DNA of 64,000 bases from the human T2T-CHM13v2.0 reference genome, Homo sapiens. Below the pieces are notes generated by a model. The model worked only from the letters and a program-made list of their open reading frames with translations. It had not been told where the DNA came from and did not search any database. The DNA lies in the NCBI RefSeq assembly GCF_009914755.1, contig NC_060935.1, one strand, 5' to 3'. Both the position numbers and the translations under genes were made by a program. This document shows positions 41,931 through 54,900 of this stretch, one piece after another (the stretch's first letter is position 1; every line of letters starts with the position of its first letter).

Positions 41931-44499
41931 AGAGCTGAACATTCCTTTAGATGGCGCAGTTTCCAAACACACTTTCTGTAGAATCTGCAAGTGGATATTT
42001 GGACTTCTCTGAGGATTTCGTTGAAAACGGGATAAACTTCCCAGAACTACACGGAAGCATTGTGAGAAACTTCTTTGTGATGTTTGCATTCAACTCACAG
42101 AGTTGAAACTTGCTTTCATAGTTCAGCTTTCAAACACTCTTTTTGTAGAATCTGCAAGTGGATATTTGGACCACTTTGTGGCCTTCCTTCGAAACGGGTA
42201 TATCTTCACATCAAACCTAGACATAAGCATTCTCAGAATGTTTCCTGTGAAGACTGCATTCAACTCACAGAGATGAAGAATCCTGTTGATGGAGCACTTT
42301 GGAAACTCTCTTTCTTTGGATTCTGGAAGTTGATATGTGGACCTCTGTGAAGATTTCGTTGGAAACGGGTTCATCTTCACAGAAAAACTAAACAGAAGCA
42401 TTCTCAAAAACTACTTTGTGATGTTTGTGTTCCACTTCAAGAATTGAACTTTCCTCTTGACAGAGCAGTTCTGAAAACCTCTTTTTCTAGGATCTGCAAG
42501 TGGACATTTGGAGGGCTTTGAGGCCTGTGGTGGAAAAGGAAAATCTTCACATAAAAACTAGATGGAAGCATTCTCAGAAACTACTTTGTGATGATTGCAT
42601 TCGACTCACAGAGTTGAACATTCCTATAGATAGAGCAGGTTGTAAACAATCTTTTTGTAGAATCTGCGATTGGAGATTCGGACTGCTTTGAGGCCTACTG
42701 TAGTAAAGGAAATAACTTCATCTAAAAACCAAACGGAAGCATTCACAGACAATTCTTAGTGATCATTGCATTGAACTAACAGAGCTGAACATTCCTTTAG
42801 ATGGCGCAGTTTCCAAACACACTTTCTGTAGAATCTGCAAGTGGATATTTGGACCTCTCTGAGGATTTCGTTGGAAACGGGATAAACTTCCCAGAACTAC
42901 ACGGAAGCATGCTGAGAAACTTCTTTGTGATGTTTGCATTCAACTCACAGAGTTGAACCTTGCTTTCATAGTTCAGCTTTCAAACACTCTTTTTGTAGAA
43001 TCTGCAAGTGGATATTTGGACCACTTTGTGGCCTTCCTTCGAAACGGGTATATCTTCACATCAAACCTAGACAGAAGCATTCTCAGAATGTTTCCTGTGA
43101 TGACTGCATTCAACTCACAGAGGTGAACAATCCTGCTGATGGAGCAATTTTGAAACTCTCTTTCTTTGGATTCTGCAAGTGGATATGTGGACCTCTGTGA
43201 AGATTTCGTTGGAAACGGGTTCATCTTCACAGAAAAACTAAACAGAAGCATTCTCAGAAACTGCTTTGTGATGTTTGTGTTCCACTTCAGGAATTGAACT
43301 TTCCTCTTGACAGAGCAGCTCTGAAACCCTCTTATTCTAGAATCTGCAAGTGGACATTTGGAGGGCTTTGAGGCCTGTGGTGGAAAAGGAAAATCTTCAC
43401 ATAAAAACTAGATGGAAGCATTCTCAGAAACTACTTTGTGATGATTGCATTCGACTCACAGAGTTGAACATTCCTATAGATAGAGCAGGTTGTAAACAAT
43501 CTTTTTGTAGAATCTGCGATTGGAGATTTGGACTGCTTTGAGGCCTACTGTAGTAAAGGAAATAACTTCATCTAAAAACCAAACGGAAGCATTCACAGAC
43601 AATTCTTAGTGATCATTGCATTGAACTAACAGAGCTGAACATTCCTTTAGATGGCGCAGTTTCCAAACACACTTTCTGTAGAATCTGCAAGTGGATATTT
43701 GGACTTCTCTGAGGATTTCGTTGAAAACGGGATAAACTTCCCAGAACTACACGGAAGCATTGTGAGAAACTTCTTTGTGATGTTTGCATTCAACTCACAG
43801 AGTTGAAACTTGCTTTCATAGTTCAGCTTTCAAACACTCTTTTTGTAGAATCTGCAAGTGGATATTTGGACCACTTTGTGGCCTTCCTTCGAAACGGGTA
43901 TATCTTCACATCAAACCTAGACATAAGCATTCTCAGAATGTTTCCTGTGAAGACTGCATTCAACTCACAGAGATGAAGAATCCTGTTGATGGAGCACTTT
44001 GGAAACTCTCTTTCTTTGGATTCTGGAAGTTGATATGTGGACCTCTGTGAAGATTTCGTTGGAAACGGGTTCATCTTCACAGAAAAACTAAACAGAAGCA
44101 TTCTCAAAAACTACTTTGTGATGTTTGTGTTCCACTTCAAGAATTGAACTTTCCTCTTGACAGAGCAGTTCTGAAAACCTCTTTTTCTAGGATCTGCAAG
44201 TGGACATTTGGAGGGCTTTGAGGCCTGTGGTGGAAAAGGAAAATCTTCACATAAAAACTAGATGGAAGCATTCTCAGAAACTACTTTGTGATGATTGCAT
44301 TCGACTCACAGAGTTGAACATTCCTATAGATAGAGCAGGTTGTAAACAATCTTTTTGTAGAATCTGCGATTGGAGATTCGGACTGCTTTGAGGCCTACTG
44401 TAGTAAAGGAAATAACTTCATCTAAAAACCAAACGGAAGCATTCACAGACAATTCTTAGTGATCATTGCATTGAACTAACAGAGCTGAACATTCCTTTA
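40980..44499 (+). repeat. Tandem duplication with 1700-bp (2 HOR) period
   Basis: ttgaaaacgg 42021/43721, agatgaagaa 42271/43971, ttctggaagt 42321/44021, XbaI-null ctaggatc ~42487/44187, tggagattcg 42671/44371. Confidence 0.92.
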
Positions 44500-44948
44500 C
44501 ATGGCGCAGTTTCCAAACACACTTTCTGTAGAATCTGCAAGTGGATATTTGGACCTCTCTGAGGATTTCGTTGGAAACGGGATAAACTTCCCAGAACTAC
44601 ACGGAAGCATGCTGAGAAACTTCTTTGTGATGTTTGCATTCAACTCACAGAGTTGAACCTTGCTTTCATAGTTCAGCTTTCAAACACTCTTTTTGTAGAA
44701 TCTGCAAGTGGATATTTGGACCACTTTGTGGCCTTCCTTCGAAACGGGTATATCTTCACATGAAACCTAGACAGAAGCATTCTCAGAATGTTTCCTGTGA
44801 TGACTGCATTCAACTCACAGAGGTGAACAATCCTGCTGATGGAGCAGTTTTGAAACTCTCTTTCTTTGGATTCTGCAAGTGGATATGTGGACCTCTGTGA
44901 AGATTTCGTTGGAAACGGGTTCATCTTCACAGAAAAACTAAACAGAAG
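44269..44948 (+). repeat. 4-mer (680 bp) HOR structural variant lacking the XbaI-bearing A-type monomer, copy 1
   Basis: The sequence runs from ...aaaaactaaacagaagcattctcagaaact directly into actttgtgatgattgcattcgactc. ORF-track spacing 44634 to 45314 is 680 bp. Confidence 0.95.
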
Positions 44949-46646
44949 CATTCTCAGAAACTACTTTGTGATGATTGCATTCGACTCACAGAGTTGAACA
45001 TTCCTATAGATAGAGCAGGTTGTAAACAATCTTTTTGTAGAATCTGCGATTGGAGATTTGGACTGCTTTGAGGCCTACTGTAGTAAAGGAAATAACTTCA
45101 TCTAAAAACCAAACGGAAGCATTTACAGACAATTCTTAGTGATCATTGGATTGAACTAACAGAGCTGAACATTCCTTTAGATGGAGCAGTTTCCAAACCC
45201 ACTTTCTGTGGAATCTGCAAGTGGATATTTGGACTTCTCTGAGGATTTCGTTGGAAACGGGATAAACTTCCCAGAACTACAGGGAAGCATTGTGAGAAAC
45301 ATCTTTGTGATGTTTGCATTCAACTCACAGAGTTGAACCTTGCTTTCATAGTTCAGCTTTCAAACACTCTTTTTGTAGAATCTGCAAGTGGATATTTGGA
45401 CCACTTTGTGGCCTTCCTTCGAAACGGGTATATCTTCACATCAAACCTAGACAGAAGCATTCTCAGAATGTTTCCTGTGATGACTGCATTCAACTCACAG
45501 AGGTGAACAATCCTGTTGATGGAGCACTTTTGAAACTCTCTTTCTTTGGATTCTGCAAGTGGATATGTGGACCTCTGTGAAGATTTCGTTGGAAAGGGGT
45601 TCATCTTCACAGAAAAACTAAACAGAAACATTCTCAGAAACTGCTTTGTGATGTTTGTGTTCCACTTCAGGAATTGAACTTTCCTCTTGACAGAGCAGCT
45701 CTGAAACCCTCTTATTCTAGAATCTGCAAGTGGACATTTGGAGGGCTTTGAGGCCTGTGGTGGAAAAGGAAAATCTTCACATAAAAACTAGATGGAAGCA
45801 TTCTCAGAAACTACTTTGTGATGATTGAATTCGACTCACAGAGTTGAACATTCGTATAGATAGAGCAGGTTGTAAACAATCTTTTTGTAGAATCTGCGAT
45901 TGGAGATTTGGACTGCTTTGAGGCCTACTGTAGTAAAGGAAATAACTTCATCTAAAAACCAAACGGAAGCATTCACAGACAATTCTTAGTGATCATTGGA
46001 TTGAACTAACAGAGCTGAACATTCCTTTAGATGGCGCAGTTTCCAAACACACTTTCTGTAGAATCTGCAAGTGGATATTTGGACTTCTCTGAGGATTTCG
46101 TTGGAAACGGGATAAACTTCCCAGAACTACACGGAAGCATTGTGAGAAACTTCTTTGTGATGTTTGCATTCAACTGACAGAGTTGAACCTTGCTTTCATA
46201 GTTCAGCTTTCAAACACTCTTTTTGTAGAATCTGCAAGTGGATATTTGGACCACTTTGTGGCCTTCCTTCGAAACGGGTATATCTTCACATCAAACCTAG
46301 ACATAAGCATTCTCAGAATGTTTCCTGTGAAGACTGCATTCAACTCACAGAGATGAACAATCCTGTTGATGGAGCACTTTGGAAAATCTTTCTTTGGATT
46401 CTGCAAGTTGATATGTGGACCTCTGTGAAGATTTCGTTGGAAACGGGTTCATCTTCACAGAAAAACTAAACAGAAGCATTCTCAAAACCTACTTTGTGAT
46501 GTTTGTGTTCCACTTCAAAAATTGAACTTTCCTCTTGACAGAGCAGCTCTGAAAACCTCTTTTTCTAGAATCTGCAAGTGGACATTTGGAGGGCTTTGAG
46601 GCCTGTGGTTGAAAAGGAAAATCTTCACATAAAAACTAGATGGAAG

Positions 46647-47326
46647 CATTCTCAGAAACTACTTTGTGATGATTGCATTCGACTCACAGAGTTGAACATT
46701 CCTATAGATAGAGCAGGTTGTAAACAATCTTTTTGTAGAATCTGCGATTGGAGATTCGGACTGCTTTGAGGCCTACTGTAGTAAAGGAAATAACTTCATC
46801 TAAAAACCAAACGGAAGCATTCACAGACAATTCTTAGTGATCATTGCATTGAACTAACAGAGCTGAACATTCCTTTACATGGCGCAGTTTCGAAACACAC
46901 TTTCTGTAGAATCTGCAAGTGGATATTTGGACCTCTCTGAGGATTTCGTTGGAAACGGGATAAACTTCCCAGAACTACACGGAAGCATGCTGAGAAACTT
47001 CTTTGTGATGTTTGCATTCAACTCACAGAGTTGAACCTTGCTTTCATAGTTCAGCTTTCAAACACTCTTTTTGTAGAATCTGCAAGTGGATATTTGGACC
47101 ACTTTGTGGCCTTCCTTCGAAACGGGTATATCTTCACATCAAACCTAGACAGAAGCATTCTCAGAATGTTTCCTGTGATGACTGCATTCAACTCACAGAG
47201 GTGAACAATCCTGCTGATGGAGCAGTTTTGAAACTCTCTTTCTTTGGATTCTGCAAGTGGATATGTGGACCTCTGTGAAGATTTCGTTTGAAACGGGTTC
47301 ATCTTCACAGAAAAACTAAACAGAAG
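46647..47326 (+). repeat. 4-mer (680 bp) HOR structural variant, copy 2
   Basis: The same junction occurs at 47323-47351. ORF-track spacing 47012 to 47692 is 680 bp. Confidence 0.95.
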
Positions 47327-50300
47327 CATTCTCAGAAACTACTTTGTGATGATTGCATTCGACTCACAGAGTTGAACATTCCTATAGATAGAGCAGGTTG
47401 TAAACAATCTTTTTGTAGAATCTGCGATTGGAGATTTGGACTGCTTTGAGGCCAACTGTAGTAAAGGAAATAACTTCATCTTAAAACCAAACGGAAGCAT
47501 TCACAGACAATTCTTAGTGATCATTGTATTGAACTAACAGAGCTGAACATTCCTTTAGATGGCGCAGTTTCCAAACACACTTTCTGTAGAATCTGCAAGT
47601 GGATATTTGGACCTCTCTGAGGATTTCGTTGGAAACGGGATAAACTTCCCAGAACTACACGGAAGCATTCTGAGAAACTTCTTTGTGATGTTTGCATTCA
47701 ACTCACAGAGTTGAACCTTGCTTTCATAGTTCAGCTTTCAAACCCTCTTTTTGTAGAATCTGCAAGTGGATATTTGGACCACTTTGTGGCCTTCCTTCGA
47801 AACGGATATATCTTCACATCAAACCTAGACAGAAGCATTCTCAGAATGTTTCCTGTGATGACTGCATTCAACTCACAGAGGTGAACAATCCTGCTGATGG
47901 AGCAGTTTTGAAACTCTCTTTCTTTGGATTCTGCAAGTGGATATGTGGACCTCTGTGAAGATTTCGTTGGAAACGGGTTCATCTTCACAGAAAAACTAAA
48001 CAGAAGCATTCTCAGAAACTGCTTTGTGATGTTTGTGTTCCACTTCAGGAATTGAACTTTCCTCTTGACAGAGCAGCTCTGAAACCCTCTTATTCTAGAA
48101 TCTGCAAGTGGACATTTGGAGGGCTTTGAGGCCTGTGGTGGAAAAGGAAAATCTTCACATAAAAACTAGATGGAAGCATTCTCAGAAACTACTTTGTGAT
48201 GATTGCATTCGACTCACAGAGTTGAACATTCCTATAGATAGAGCAGGTTGTAAACCATCTTTTTCTAGAATCTGATATTGGAGATTTGGACTGCTTTGAG
48301 GCCTACTGTAGTAAAGGAAATAACTTCATCTAAAAACCAAACGGAAGCATTCACAGACAATTCTCAGTGATCATTGGATTGAACTAACAGAGCTGAACAT
48401 TCCTTTAGATGGAGCAGTTTCCAAACACACTTTCTGTAGAATCTGCAAGTGGATATTTGGACTTCTCTGAGAATTTCGTTGGAAACGGGATAAACTTCCC
48501 AGAACTACACGGAAGCATTGTGAGAAACTTCTTTGTGATGTTTGCATTCAACTCACAGAGTTGAACCTTGCTTTCATAGTTCAGCTTTCAAACACTCTTT
48601 TTGTAGAATCTGCAAGTGGATATTTGGACCACTTTGTGGCCTTCCTTCGAAACGGGTATATCTTCACATCAAACCTAGACAGAAGCATTCTCAGAATGTT
48701 TCCTGTGATGACTGCATTCAACTCACAGAGGTGAACAATCCTGCTGATGGAGCAGTTTTGAAACTCTCTTTCTTTGGATTCTGCATGTGGATATGTTGAC
48801 CTCTGTGAAGATTTCGTTGGAAACGGGTTCATCTTCACAGAAAAACTAAACAGGAGCATTCTCAGAAACTGCTTTGTGATGTTTGTGTTCCACTTCAAGA
48901 ATTGAACTTTCCTCTTGACAGAGCAGCTCTGAAACCCTCTTTTTCTAGAATCTGCAAGTGGACATTTGGAGGGATTTGAGGCATGTGGTGGAAAAGGAAA
49001 ATCTTCACATAAAAACTAGATGGAAGCATTCTCAGAAACTACTTTGTGATGATTGCATTCGACTCACAGAGTTGAACATTCCTATAGATAGAGCAGGTTG
49101 TAAACAATCTTTTTGTAGAATCTGCGATTGGAGATTTGGACTGCTTTGAGGCCTACTGTAGTACAGGAAATAACTTCATCTAAAAACCAAACGGAAGCAT
49201 TTACAGACAATTCTTAGTGATCATTGGATTGAACTAACAGAGCTGAACATTCCTTTAGATGGAGCAGTTTCCACACCCACTTTCTGTAGAATCTGCAAGT
49301 GGATATTTGGACTTCTCTGAGGATTTCGTTGGAAACGGGATAAACTTCCCAGAACTACAGGGAAGCATTGTGAGAAATTTCTTTGTGATGTTTGCATTCA
49401 ACTCACAGAGTTGAACCTTGCTTTCATAGTTCAGCTTTCAAACACTCTTTTTGTAGAATCTGCAAGTGGATATTTGGACCACTTTGTGGCCTTCCTTCGA
49501 AACGGGTATATCTTCACATCAAACCTAGACAGAAGCATTCTCAGAATGTTTCCTGTGATGACTGCATTCAACTCACAGAGGTGAACAATCCTATTGATGG
49601 AGCACTTTTGAAACTCTCTTTCTTTGGATTCTGCAAGTTGATATGTGGACCTCTGTGAAGATTTCATTGGAAACGGGTTCATCTTAACAGAAAAACTAAA
49701 CAGAAGCATTCTCAGAAACTACTTTGTGATGTTTGTGTTCCACTTCAAGAATTGAACTTTCCTCTTGACAGAGCAGCTCTGAAACCCTCTTTTTCTAGAA
49801 TCTGCAAGTGGACATTTGGAGGGCTTTGAGGCCTGTGGTGGAAAAGGAAAATCTTCACATAAAAACTAGATGGAAGCATTCTCAGAAACTACTTTGTGAT
49901 GATTGCATTCGTCTCACAGAGTTGAACAATCCTATAGATAGAGCAGGTTGTAAACAATCTTTTTGTAGAATCTGCGATTGGAGATTTGGACTGCTTTGAG
50001 GCCTACTGTAGTAAAGGAAATAACTTCATCTAAAAACCAAACGGAAGCATTCACAGACAATTCTTAGTGATCATTGCATTGAACTAAGAGAGCTGAACAT
50101 TCCTTTAGATGGTGCAGTTTCCAAACACACTTTCTGTAGAATCTGCAAGTGGATATTTGGACCTCTCTGAGGATTTCGTTGGAAACCGGATAAACTTCCC
50201 AGAACTACACAGAAGCATTCTGAGAAACTTCTTTGTGATGTTTGCATTCAACTCACAGAGTTGAACCTTGCTTTCATAGTTCAGCTTTCAAACACTCTTT

Positions 50301-51949
50301 TTGTAGAATCTGCAAGTGGATATTTGGACCACTTTGTAGCCTTCCTTCGAAACGGGTATATCTTCACATCAAACCTAGACAGAAGCATTCTCAGAATGTT
50401 TCCTGTCATGACTGCCTTCAACTCCCAGAGGTGAACAATCCTGCTGATGGAGCAGTTTTGAACCTCTCTTTCTTTGGATTCTGCAAGTGGATATGTGTAC
50501 CACTGTGAAGATTTCGTTGGAAACGGGTTCATCTTCACAGAAAAACTAAACAGAAGCATTCTCAGAAACTGCTTTGTGATGTTTGTGTTCCACTTCAGGA
50601 ATTGAACTTTCCTCTTGACAGAGCAGCTCTGAAACCCTCTTTTTCTAGAATCTGCAAGTGGACATTTGGAGGGCTTTGAGGCCTGTGGTGGAAAAGGAAA
50701 ATCTTCACATAAAAACTTTATGGAAGCATTCTCAGAAACTTCTTTGTGATCATTGCATTCGACTCACAGAGTTGAACATTCCTATAGATAGAGCAGGTTG
50801 TAAACAATCTTTTTGTAGAATCTGCGATTGGAGATTTGGACTGCTTTGAGGCCTACTGTAGTAAAGGAAATAACTTCATCTAAAAACCAAACGGAAGCAT
50901 TCACAGACAATTCTTAGTGATCATTGCATTGAACTAACAGAGCTGAACATTCCTTTAGATGGAGCAGTTTCCAAACACACTTTCTGTAGAATCTGCAAGT
51001 GGATATTTGGACTTCTCTGAGGATTTCGTTGGAAACGGGATAAACTTCCCAGAACTACACGGAAGCATTGTGAGAATCTTCTTTGTGATGTTTGCATTCA
51101 ACTCACAGAGTTGAACCTTGCTTTCATAGTTCAGCTTTCAAACACTCTTTTTGTAGAATCTGCAAGTGGATATTTGGACCACATTGTGGCCTTCCTTCGA
51201 AACGGGTATATCTTCCCATCAAACCTAGACAGAAGCATTCTCAGAATGTTTCCTGTGATGACTGCATTCAACTCACAGAGGTGAACAATCCTGTTGATGG
51301 AGCACTTTTGAAACTCTCTTTCTTTGGATTCTGCAAGTAGATATGTGGACCTCTGTGAAGATTTCGTTGGAAACGGGTTCATCTTCACAGAAAAACTAAA
51401 CAGAAGCATTCTCAGAAACTACTTTGTGATGTTTGTGTTCCACTTCAAGAATTGAACTTTCCTCTTGACAGAGCAGCTCTGAAACCCTCTTTTTCTAGAA
51501 TCTGCAAGTGGACATTTGGAGGGCTTTGAGGCCTGTGGTGGAAAAGGAAAATCTTCACATAAAAACTAGATGGAAGCATTCTCAGAAACTACTTTGTGAT
51601 GATTGCATTCGACTCACAGAGTTGAACATTCCTATAGATAGAGCAGGTTGTAAACAATCTTTTTGTAGAATCTGCGATTGGGGATTTGGACTGCTTTGAG
51701 GCCTACTGTAGTAAAGGAAATAACTTCATCTAAAAACCAAACGGAAGCATTCACAGAAAATTCTTAGTGATCATTGGATTGAACTAACAGAGCTGAACAT
51801 TCCTTTAGATGGCGCAGTTTCCAAACACACTTTCTGTAGAATCTGCAAGTGGATATTTGGACCTCTGTGAGGATTTCGTTGGAAACGGGATATACTTCCC
51901 AGAACTACACGGAAGCATTCTGAGAAACTTCTTTGTGATGTTTGCATTC

Positions 51950-54900
51950 AACTCACAGGGTTGAAACTTGCTTTCATAGTTCAGCTTTCAAACACTCTTT
52001 TTGTAGAATCTGCAAGTGGATATTTGGACCACTTTGTGGCCTTCCTTCGAAACGGGTATATCTTCACATCAAACCTAGACAGAAGCATTCTCAGAATGTT
52101 TCCTGTGATGACTGCATTCAACTCACAGAGGTGAACAATCCTGTTGATGGAGCAGTTTTGAAACTCTCTTTCTTTGGATTCTGCAAGTGGATATGTGGAC
52201 CTCTGTGAAGATTTCGTTGGAAACGGGTTCATCTTCACAGAAAAACTAAACAGGAGCATTCTCAGAAACTGCTTTTTGATGTTTGTGTTCCACTTCAGGA
52301 ATTGAACTTTCCTCTTGACAGAGCAGCTCTGAAACCCTCTTTTTCTAGAATCTGCAAGTGGACATTTGGAGGGCTTTGAGGCCTGTGGTGGAAAAGGAAA
52401 ATCTTCACATAAAAACTAGATGGAATCATTCTCAGAAACTACTTTGTGATGATTGCATTCGACTCACAGAGTTGAACATTCCTATAGATAGAGCAGGTTG
52501 TAAACAATCTTTTTGTAGAATCTGCGATTGGAGATTTGGACTGCTTTGAGGCCTACTGTAGTAAAGGAAAGAACTTCATCTAAAAACCAAACGGAAGCAT
52601 TCACAGACAATTCTTAGTGATCATTGGATTGAACTAACAGAGCTGAACATTCCTTTAGATGGAGCAGTTTCCAAACACACTTTCTGTAGAATCTGCAAGT
52701 GGATATTTGGACCTCTCTGAGGATTTCGTTGGAAACGGGATAAACTTCCCAGAACTACACGGAAGCATTCTGAGAATGTTCTTTGTGATGTTTGCATTCA
52801 ACTCACAGAGTTGAACATGGCTTTCATATTTCAGCTTTCAAACACTCTTTTTGTAGAATCTGCAAGTGGATATTTGGACCACTTTGTGGCCTTCCTTCGA
52901 AACGGGTATATCTTCACATCAAACCTAGACAGAAGCATTCTCAGAATGTTTCCTGTGATGACTGCATTCAACTCACAGAGGTGAAAAATCCTGTTGATGG
53001 AGCAGTTTTGAAACTCTCTTTCTTTGGATTCTGCAAGTGGATATGTGGACCTCTGTGAAGATTTCGTTGGAAACGGGTTCATCTTCACAGAAAAACTAAA
53101 CAGGAGCATTCTCAGAAACTGCTTTGTGATGTTTGTGTTCCACTTCAAGAATTGAACTTTCCTCTTGACAGAGCAGCTCTGAAACCCTCTTTTTCTAGAA
53201 TCTGCAAGTGGACATATGGAGGGCTTTGAGGCCTGTGGTGGAAAAGGAAAATCTTCACATAAAAACTAGATGGAAGCATTCTCAGAAACTACTTTGTGAT
53301 GATTGCATTCGACTCACGGAGTTGAACATTCCTATAGATAGAGCAGGTTGTAAACAATCTTTTTATAGAATCTGCGATTGGAGATTTGGACTGCTTTGAG
53401 GCCTACTGTAGTAAAGGAAATAACTTCATCTAAAAACCAAACGGAAGCATTCACAGACAATTCTTAGTGATCATTGGATTGAACTAACAGAGCTGAACAT
53501 TCCTTTAGATGGCGCAGTTTCCAAACACACTTTCTGTAGAATCTGCAAGTGGATATTTGGACCTCTGTGAGGATTTCGTTGGAAACGGGATATACTTCCC
53601 AGAAATACACGAAAGCATTCTGAGAAACTTCTTTGTGATGTTTGCATTCAACTCACAGAGTTGAACCTTGCTTTCATAGTTCAGCTTTCAAACACTCTTT
53701 TTGTAGAATCTGCAAGTGGATATTTGGACCACTTTGTGGCCTTCCTTCGAAACGGGTATATCTTCACATCAAAGCTAGACAGAAGCATTCTCAGAATGTT
53801 TCCTGTGATGACTGCATTCAACTCACAGAGGTGAACAATCCTGCTGATGGAGCAGTTTTGAAACTCTCTTTCTTTGGATTCTGCAAGTGGATATGTGGAC
53901 CTCTATGAAGATTTCGTTGGAAAAGTGTTCATCTTCACAGAAAAACTAAACAGGAGCATTCTCAGAAACTGCTTTGTGATGTTTGTGTTCCACTTCAGGA
54001 ATTGAACTTTCCTCTTGACAGAGCAGCTCTGAAACCCTCTTTTTCTAGAATCTGCAAGTGGACATTTGGAGGGCTTTGAGGCCTGTGGTGGAAAACGAAA
54101 ATCTTCACATAAAAACTAGATGGAAGCATTCTCAGAAACTACTTTGTGATGATTGCATTCGACTCACAGAGTTGAACATTCCTATAGAGAGAGCAGGTTG
54201 TAAACAATCTTTTTGTAGAATCTGAGATTGGAGATTTGGACTGCTTTGAGGCCTACTGTAGTAAAGGAAATAACTTCATTTAAAAACCAAACGGAAGCAT
54301 TCACAGACAATTCTTAGTGATCATTGGATTGAACTAACAGAGCTGAACATTCCTTTAGATGGCGCAGTTTCCAAACACACTTTCTGTAGAATCTGCAAGT
54401 GGATATTTGGACCTCTCTGAAGATTTCGTTGGAAACGGGATAAACTTCCCAGAACTACACGGAAGCATTCTGAGAAACTTCTTTGTGATGTTTGCATTCA
54501 ACTCACAGAGTTGAACCTTGCTTTCATAGTTCAGCTTTCAAACACTCTTTTTGTAGAATCTGCAAGTGGATATTTGGACCACTTTGTGGCCTTCCTTCGA
54601 AACGGGTATATCTTCACATCAAACCTAGACAGAAGCATTCTCAGAATGTTTCCTGTGATGACTGCATTCAACTCACAGAGGTGAACAATCCTGCTGATGG
54701 AGCAGTTTTGAAACTCTCTTTCTTTGGATTCTGCAAGTGGATATGTGGACCTCTGTGAAGATTTCGTTGGAAACGGGTTCATCTTCACAGAAAAACTAAA
54801 CAGGAGCATTCTCAGAAACTGCTTTGTGATGTTTGTGTTCCACTTCAGGAATTGAACTTTCCTCTTGACAGAGCAGCTCTGAAACCCTCTTTTTCTAGAA

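Noticed and set aside
2927-47300. Box variants GTGGG (~2933 and copies), TTGAAAACGGG (42021, 43721) and GTTTG (~47289) as knockouts
   Set aside because: The changes fall in non-essential N positions, so these were counted as intact.
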